NCBI GenBank assembly: GCA_964016885.1 | Contig: OZ024754.1 | Coordinates: 40,238,001-40,302,000, forward strand | DNA: 64,000 bases | Reading direction: 5' to 3' | Source of the DNA: Eledone cirrhosa | Taxonomy: Eukaryota | Part shown: positions 58,801-64,000 of the stretch, one piece after another | How positions within the stretch are numbered: position 1 is the first letter of the stretch | Layout: each line of letters starts with the position of its first letter | The notes under the pieces: model-generated | The model's input: the letters and a program-made list of their open reading frames with translations, nothing else | The model's database searches: none | What the model was told of the DNA's origin: nothing | Position numbers and translations under genes: made by a program

Positions 58801-61800
58801 GATATAGCCATTAATAAAGGAAAGACCCCACTAATACCAACACCACCACCACATGAAAAAAAAAAGGATGTCTCCATACATAAGAGAAAGTAGAATAAAA
58901 AATATAATTTATAGATATATGTTCTGTACAAGCGAGACACAGTCTCCCAAACAATCTCACCTCAAGTGGGACAAAGCCGTCCAACCCATGCTAGCGTGGA
59001 AGATGGATGTTAAACGATGATGATGAGTGTCTCGAGCCCAGAGGTTCATAGGGTTGGTGCTTATCCTGGTTTCTGTGGCATTAAGCTAGAGTACATGAGT
59101 CCCCACTGGACAGGATTCTACCCCTAGCTACTGCTACAGGTACTTGTTTTCAGTAGAGTATACTGGAGCAACATCAAATGAAGTGTTTTGCTCTACAACA
59201 CAACAGCTCAGGAATTAAACCCATGGCACCCTTGTCACTAGGTGATGCACCTCCACATAGATAAATAAAATATTTTAATGAGATAATTCTCCTACAGACC
59301 AAATATATTAACCCTTTCAGTGCTAGTGTAGATTTGGATATTTTACTGCTCCAGGGTGGGATTAGACGTTCATTTTTGCATTGTTTCAAAAAATTGAGGT
59401 ATTTTGATTAAATTTGCCTTAAATAGTTGGTCTGGATCTATATTTCTCGAGACAAACATTTCAAAATCTAATAAAATTTACTTTTTAATCCATTTAGTAT
59501 ATTTTAACATAACTATACTTCCAATAATATCAAAATTTATATAATTTTATGAAAACATTTTTTCTTCTTCAAGAACACAAATTGTTAATAAAATGTGAAT
59601 CCAAATCCATAAAAATGAAATTCCATTAGTTGCTAGACACAGTGATTAAAACTATATAGCTGTGAACACAACGATAGGAACTATATATGTGTATAAAAAT
59701 AATAAAATACATTAAATATAAACTATTTAAAATTCAAGTAATAATAAGAATACTTACAGGTACTTCTTCTTTAGATAAGAAGTTCTCCTGTTGGTTGAGT
59801 AGCACCTCAGCTTGTTTAGCATCTCGGAGGAACATCTAACATTAACAAAAATATAATTAAGTTATACAATAAACTAAGAGAAAATAATATGATGATAAAA
59901 GATATATTATAATTGATTATAATTCATAATTAAATACTAGTAAATATACCTTAAACTCTTTAAAAGTCTTGCATATTCTTTGTCGCCCCATAATGAATAC
60001 AAAAGGCTATTTAACCAGAATACATGCTATGAGGAAATGTAATGAACAACTAATCTAAGAGGTTTAAACATCCAAAAGTGACTGTTGAAAAAGAGGTTGT
60101 AATTATCAGAAAAAAGTATAAGTTTTCAGATGTGAGTCATTAAAGAACATCTGGCTATAGAATTGGTAATGATTGATGCCTAAAGCAGAATGCTACATAT
60201 TTCTTTAACTGAAGTGCATTCCTTTGTAGTAATTCCTATCAAATAACTGAGTAAACAGAAGCAACCTAAATAGAAAATTAATTAAGACTAATGATGAAAC
60301 AGAAATAAAATGGTTAATTGTTAAGTGGGCTAAGTTCATAGGCTGACTATGAAGGAGTGATGTTAGAGTTGTGAAATCTTGCATGCATTAATTTCAACAC
60401 TTCTTAATAACTATTGTTTCTTTCCTGGGACTATGTTGAAAAATAAACCCCATTTGGTCATTCCATGAGAGTATCTTAGTCATAGGCTGACTATGAAAAA
60501 GTGATGCTAGAGCTGTGAAATCTCGCATGTATTAATTTCAACACTTCTTAGTAACTGTATTGTTTCTTTTCTGGGACTATGTTGAAAAATAAACCCCATT
60601 TGGTCATTCCATGAGAGTATCTTAGTCATAGTCTAAAGAGCCAATCTTGTCAACATAAGTGTTATGCTGAATCTCCCTGAGAACTATGCCAAGGGTACAC
60701 ATGTCTACAAAATGCTCAGTCACTTGCACGTTAAATATGCAAGCAGGCTGTTCTGTTGTTTGAACAACTAGAATGCTCCGTGTCGGAACTGCCAAAAGCC
60801 CGACACAGACATATACATATATAGCATGTAATTTCCACCAGGTCAATTATTGGTGATGAACAAGGAAAATGTGTATAATTTGAAGAGAACAGGTCACTAT
60901 CAGTGTCAACAATTTAAACGGTTTCTTTTATCAGTTTCACATGAAATCATCATCAATTCCTCAAAACAGAATAATCTTCTTACTTGCAAGTTGAGACTCT
61001 GTGAAAGAAGCTGCTGTCTATTCTCCCACATCTGTAACAATTCCTGCCAACCGCCATCAAGTGCTTGAAGACGCTAGAAATTAAAAGAATTTACCAAATT
61101 ATAATTTTCTCATATATAATAATTATCATTATCTTGAAATTATTAAACCAAAAAACTTAAAATTAAATAATATGATTGTTACAAATTCCTCAATGAATTG
61201 AAATTTACCAATTTCTGAAATATTTAAAAACTATTAAAAGGAAATGTTTCCATTGGCCTTTCTGTTGATACTATCTGTAAGGCATAACTCCCCACAGAAA
61301 GAGGTGGGATTTAAATACAAAGTGGACAGAGTCGGATCAAATAGTACAAAGCATCCTGTTTGACCCTTTACTAATTCCACCAACCCACTGGTCAGACCCA
61401 AAGTCAAAGAGTGTATCGGATCAAATACAAAGGTATTTAATGAGATGCTCTAATGACTGTCAATTTGCTGTTGTGGCAGAATATATATATATATATTTAA
61501 AGCTGTCGATTTAACAGGAAAATAAAAAGTATTTGGCAAGTTAAACTTATGACTTGGGGTCTATGATCTGGTTCTGATTTCTCTTTGATGCTATTTAACA
61601 TTAAAAAAAAAATTGTCAAGAGGGCCGAGGGTGTCTTAGCATCACTCAGCAAGACCTTTGTCAGCCGCTCTCCAGATATCTATTTAAGGCTGTATACAGC
61701 TATGGTGCGACCACACTTAGAATTTGCATCACCAGTCTGGAACCCCTATCTTGCTCAGGACATTGACCGCCTGGAAACTGTTCAGAGACGTGCAACCAAG

Positions 61801-63647
61801 CAAATACCCTCCATCAGGCATCTACCATACTCTGAGCGCCTTGCTTCCCTGGGCATGGATTCATTGAAGCTCCGACGCCTGGCAACTGACTTGGTAAACA
61901 CCCACAAAATTGTTAACCATGTTGCCAACAACAACCCTGAGTGCCTTTTCGATTTCCATGTGTCTAACACACGTGGACATGCCCACAAAGTAAGAAAACA
62001 GCACAGTTCCCATGACTTTCGGAAACATTTTTTCACGCTCAGAGTTGCTGAAGCATGGAACAAACTACCTGCATCAGTTGTTAGCTGTCGAGACACTGCA
62101 TCCTTTAAGGCCTCCATGCTTCCCGAGATCCGCCAACACTACAGCTAACACATACAAACATGTACTTCCCTGGCATTTGTGTATTATTCTATGTACTATA
62201 TTGACGAGTTGTAGTGCACCTGAGCACTTTACACAATAATTTCATTATTATTATTATTATAACAATATCTTAAGACAATATCACAATAATTTCATATTCC
62301 TTCTTTCCTGAAAATAATACAATTTATTTCAGTAAAAAGATTTTTTTTTTTTTAAAATAGACATTTCATTACTTAAAACCTGAAGAGGTACACAGTATCC
62401 CTGCATGTCGTAAGAAGTGACTAAAAGGATCAGTACCATGTAGCACGTCAGGCAGTAAAAAATTGACTCGTGTATGACCCCATGATGGGTGTAAAACTTG
62501 TCATGGGGCCCAGGGTAAACATTTGCTTTAGCAGGGAAAATAGTGCTAAAACATTTGTGGCATATTTAAACAAACCAACCTGTCGGAGAAACATATACTG
62601 TGGATCATCCTGCCCCTCTGTTACTTTATCACCAAATTCTTTCATCTTAGCATATTCTGGGGCATAGGCATCAATTTCATCTTTAAGTTGTTGATGTTGA
62701 TTCAATAATTTCTCAGCATCAGCGAGATTGTTGGGAATGTCTTCTGATGCCACGGTTGTCTGAGTACGAGATAACCATTGTTGGAAATGGTCAAGGTTAC
62801 CAAGGAAGCGTTGCAATTCTCCGGCTTCACCAAGTTTTTCATCTCTGTCTTTGAGCTGTTAAAATAAAACAATTCATAAAGTTTATAACTCTTTCATAGT
62901 TGTATTTCTAATGACATAAAATTTATTTCAATTAATAAATTTTGAGGGATTTACTAAAATTATCAATTATTTAAGATTCCCATATAAAACTGTTGGAAGA
63001 TTTTAATTTAAATAGGAACCCTGGTTTTATTCCATAGAACTAAAGCCAGTTTTGGCCAGATTGGTGTCAAAAGAGTTTAACTAATTACAATATTTTCCTA
63101 AATTAGTAGCCATGGCACATTTTAGTAAACTTCACTATAACTTCACTATAACTTCACTAAATATTAATTTATCATAAACTTTAGGAGATGTGTATATTTG
63201 CCTAATTTTCATTAGATTTTTATCTAAAATTACAATTTAGTAAGAGTTTGAGGAATAATCTCTCTTTTGGCGCTAAGCTAAAAATTAAGAAATGCTCAAA
63301 ATATATAATTACCATTTCTTTAAGATCCATCCATACGTTGTTGATGTCATTGATCTTTTCACGAATAGCTTGGGCTTCTTCAGGTTTGGTTTCTTGTAGT
63401 CTGTCTGCTTCAACTTGCAACGATTCAACCTAGAAAGGTAAATAAATTTAGTGTAAATAAGAGTAGTCTTAATAAAAACAACTAAACATGGAAAACAAAA
63501 TGCCAACAAGATAATTACCTTGGCTTGTATAGCAGCAAGATCTCGTTCCATACCACTAAGCCGTCTCTGTAGTGTCATAACACCAGCCAAGTCATTGCCA
63601 AGTTCTTCAGTCGATTCAATAATTTTCACCTTTTCATTTATCCAGCC
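28185..63647 (-). CDS. SPTBN1: Spectrin beta chain (conventional beta-spectrin), C-terminal ~30 exons; 5' part lies beyond the right edge
   Basis: All exons are GT-AG and in phase. Spectrin repeats (e.g. [60 protein letters not shown]), PH domain ([45 protein letters not shown]) and C-terminus [10 protein letters not shown] as in invertebrate beta-spectrin. The symbol names the closest vertebrate paralog only. Confidence 0.97.
28462..28608 (-). CDS. beta-spectrin PH exon
   Basis: [49 protein letters not shown]. Confidence 0.93.
29337..29412 (-). CDS. beta-spectrin PH exon
   Basis: [25 protein letters not shown]|gtaagt. Confidence 0.93.
29959..30055 (-). CDS. beta-spectrin exon, PH domain start
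   Basis: [32 protein letters not shown]. Confidence 0.93.
31205..31300 (-). CDS. beta-spectrin 96-nt symmetric linker exon
   Basis: tattag|[31 protein letters not shown]|gtaaag; phase 1-1. Confidence 0.8.
35522..35617 (-). CDS. beta-spectrin 96-nt symmetric linker exon
   Basis: GC-rich island; atcaag|(G)[31 protein letters not shown]|gtaggt; phase 1-1. Confidence 0.65.
36857..36919 (-). CDS. beta-spectrin 63-nt symmetric linker exon
   Basis: caacag|(G)[20 protein letters not shown]|gtgact; phase 1-1. Confidence 0.7.
38746..38864 (-). CDS. beta-spectrin linker exon
   Basis: [39 protein letters not shown]; phase 2 to 1. Confidence 0.88.
39524..40698. repeat. 62-bp minisatellite, ~19 copies, in a beta-spectrin intron
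   Basis: Unit CAGAGATTACAGGATATGAGAGCTTTCCTATCAGAATGTCTGGTCACCCCCAATAATTTCTA, nearly invariant. Confidence 0.95.
40741..40868 (-). CDS. beta-spectrin exon
   Basis: [22 protein letters not shown]...EFVPPEEP|gtaagt. Confidence 0.9.
41025..41330 (+). mobile_element. RTE 3' fragment with internal 39-bp tandem expansion (x5)
   Basis: WYSHVMR...[14 protein letters not shown]; unit GAACCTGTGGTAGAGAGAGACCAAGGAAGACATGGGGAT. Confidence 0.75.
41558..41662 (-). CDS. beta-spectrin exon
   Basis: [35 protein letters not shown]|gtaagt. Confidence 0.93.
41798..41889 (-). CDS. beta-spectrin exon (repeat 17, tetramerisation site)
   Basis: [30 protein letters not shown]|gtatgt. Confidence 0.93.
42700..42784 (-). 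CDS. beta-spectrin exon
   Basis: [28 protein letters not shown]|gtaagt. Confidence 0.93.
43408..43546 (-). CDS. beta-spectrin exon
   Basis: [26 protein letters not shown]...HYRSSE|gtgagt. Confidence 0.93.
44061..44305 (-). CDS. beta-spectrin exon
   Basis: [20 protein letters not shown]...[18 protein letters not shown]|gtcagt. Confidence 0.93.
44539..44649 (-). CDS. beta-spectrin exon
   Basis: [37 protein letters not shown]|gtaagt. Confidence 0.93.
45260..45523 (-). CDS. beta-spectrin exon (ankyrin-binding repeat 14/15 region)
   Basis: [13 protein letters not shown]...[29 protein letters not shown]...LERIQ. Confidence 0.93.
46330..46534 (-). CDS. beta-spectrin exon
   Basis: [25 protein letters not shown]...[10 protein letters not shown]|gtaagt. 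Confidence 0.93.
46943..47151 (-). CDS. beta-spectrin exon
   Basis: [20 protein letters not shown]...LIEQEHPE. Confidence 0.93.
47311..47511 (-). CDS. beta-spectrin exon
   Basis: [13 protein letters not shown]...LHLSDIAQQ|gtttgt. Confidence 0.93.
47684..47905. repeat. 21-bp minisatellite
   Basis: CACACAGCCTCACTCAGCCAA, about 10 copies. Confidence 0.92.
48199..48385 (-). CDS. beta-spectrin exon
   Basis: [16 protein letters not shown]...[16 protein letters not shown]|gtaagt. Confidence 0.93.
48713..48843 (-). CDS. beta-spectrin exon
   Basis: [23 protein letters not shown]...KVAVAER. Confidence 0.93.
49045..49308 (-). CDS. beta-spectrin exon
   Basis: [16 protein letters not shown]...[15 protein letters not shown]|gtaagt. 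Confidence 0.93.
49474..49612. repeat. ~50-bp tandem repeat, ~2.5 copies
   Basis: GGGACGCTGCCCTCGATCATATCAACCCCAGTATAGACTG repeated. Confidence 0.85.
49887..50033 (-). CDS. beta-spectrin exon
   Basis: [49 protein letters not shown]. Confidence 0.93.
50171..50261 (-). CDS. beta-spectrin exon
   Basis: [30 protein letters not shown]|gtaaat. Confidence 0.93.
51565..51737 (-). CDS. beta-spectrin exon
   Basis: [27 protein letters not shown]...AENINER|gtaaat. Confidence 0.93.
53463..53675. mobile_element. Second TTAA-flanked piggyBac-type MITE family (degenerate)
   Basis: TTAA-CCCTTTTGTTGCC ... TATAAAAAGGG-TTAA. Related copies at about 45595-45800 and 62885-63080. Confidence 0.55.
57182..57205 (-). 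CDS. Candidate 24-nt beta-spectrin microexon (SAIGLDKQ)
   Basis: tcttttgttacacag|AGTGCCATTGGACTTGACAAGCAG|gtaact; phase 0-0 inside the 8-kb phase-0 intron. Confidence 0.55.
58146..58334 (-). mobile_element. Full-length tRNA-derived SINE with TSD
   Basis: Same family as 11151-11339; CCCATTAATAAT duplicated on both sides. Confidence 0.85.
59758..59835 (-). CDS. beta-spectrin exon
   Basis: [26 protein letters not shown]|gtaagt. Confidence 0.93.
60984..61073 (-). CDS. beta-spectrin exon
   Basis: [30 protein letters not shown]|gtaaga. Confidence 0.93.
61610..62260 (+). mobile_element. CR1/L2-group LINE 3' end (ORF2 C-terminus, 5'-truncated), (ATT)n tail
   Basis: [63 protein letters not shown]. 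The frame is still open, suggesting a fairly young copy. Confidence 0.9.
62580..62855 (-). CDS. beta-spectrin exon
   Basis: [18 protein letters not shown]...DPQYMFLRQ|gttggt. Confidence 0.93.
63313..63429 (-). CDS. beta-spectrin exon
   Basis: [39 protein letters not shown]|gtaatt. Confidence 0.93.
63519..63647 (-). CDS. beta-spectrin exon
   Basis: [43 protein letters not shown]|gtaatt. Confidence 0.93.
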
Positions 63648-64000
63648 CTTTAATAATATACAAGATAAAAGTTTAGAGTCTCATAATTTTGAAGTAAATA
63701 GCATATACAGAAAAACAAGATCTTTTAACCGCTTCATTATGAAGAATTATTAGAATTATTTATTTCATTAAGATGACATTTGTAATAGCAAAAGATTCTT
63801 ATATCAAATTAGGTTGGAATATTTTAATAGGAAACCCTTAAAATTAGTAATTTTGTTTCACAGAACTAGAAACAGTTTGGGGAGGGTTAAATATTTTTAT
63901 TTTACTGAAAGGTCAACAGTTCCTTTATTCTTATTTGAGGGTTTGATAAAGATGTCTAAAACAATTTCTTTAAATAAGATTAATATAAAAGTTTCTATTT

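Overview
AT-rich, repeat-dense, intron-rich animal genomic DNA. The SINE/LINE repertoire and mini/microsatellite load suggest a coleoid cephalopod such as Octopus (inference, not verified). Three spliced genes were reconstructed by hand from GT-AG boundaries with consistent phases. (1) The 5' half of RRP36 lies on the minus strand (ATG 10526, five exons down to 814, continuing beyond the left edge). (2) A complete 7-exon GINS1/PSF1 lies on the plus strand (10804-20189, 194 aa), head-to-head with RRP36 across 277 bp. (3) The 3' part of beta-spectrin lies on the minus strand (30 exons from 63647 to the stop at 28185: spectrin repeats, linker, PH domain, ending [10 protein letters not shown]). 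Introns hold Tx1/L1-type, RTE and CR1 LINE remnants, tRNA-type SINEs, piggyBac/hAT/Tc1-type MITEs and large tandem arrays, several expanded from TE-internal sequence. Best leads: two tandem, microsatellite-embedded Tx1-like elements that keep both termini but lack RT, share a 67-nt GT-AG intron in their 5' leader, and in one case carry two diverged ORF1s; a 24-nt neural-type microexon and a cluster of symmetric cassette exons in beta-spectrin; an orphan promoter-like island with a ~240-nt fold-back downstream of GINS1; and degenerate hammerhead-like motifs. Most long ORFs in the supplied track are repeat artefacts.
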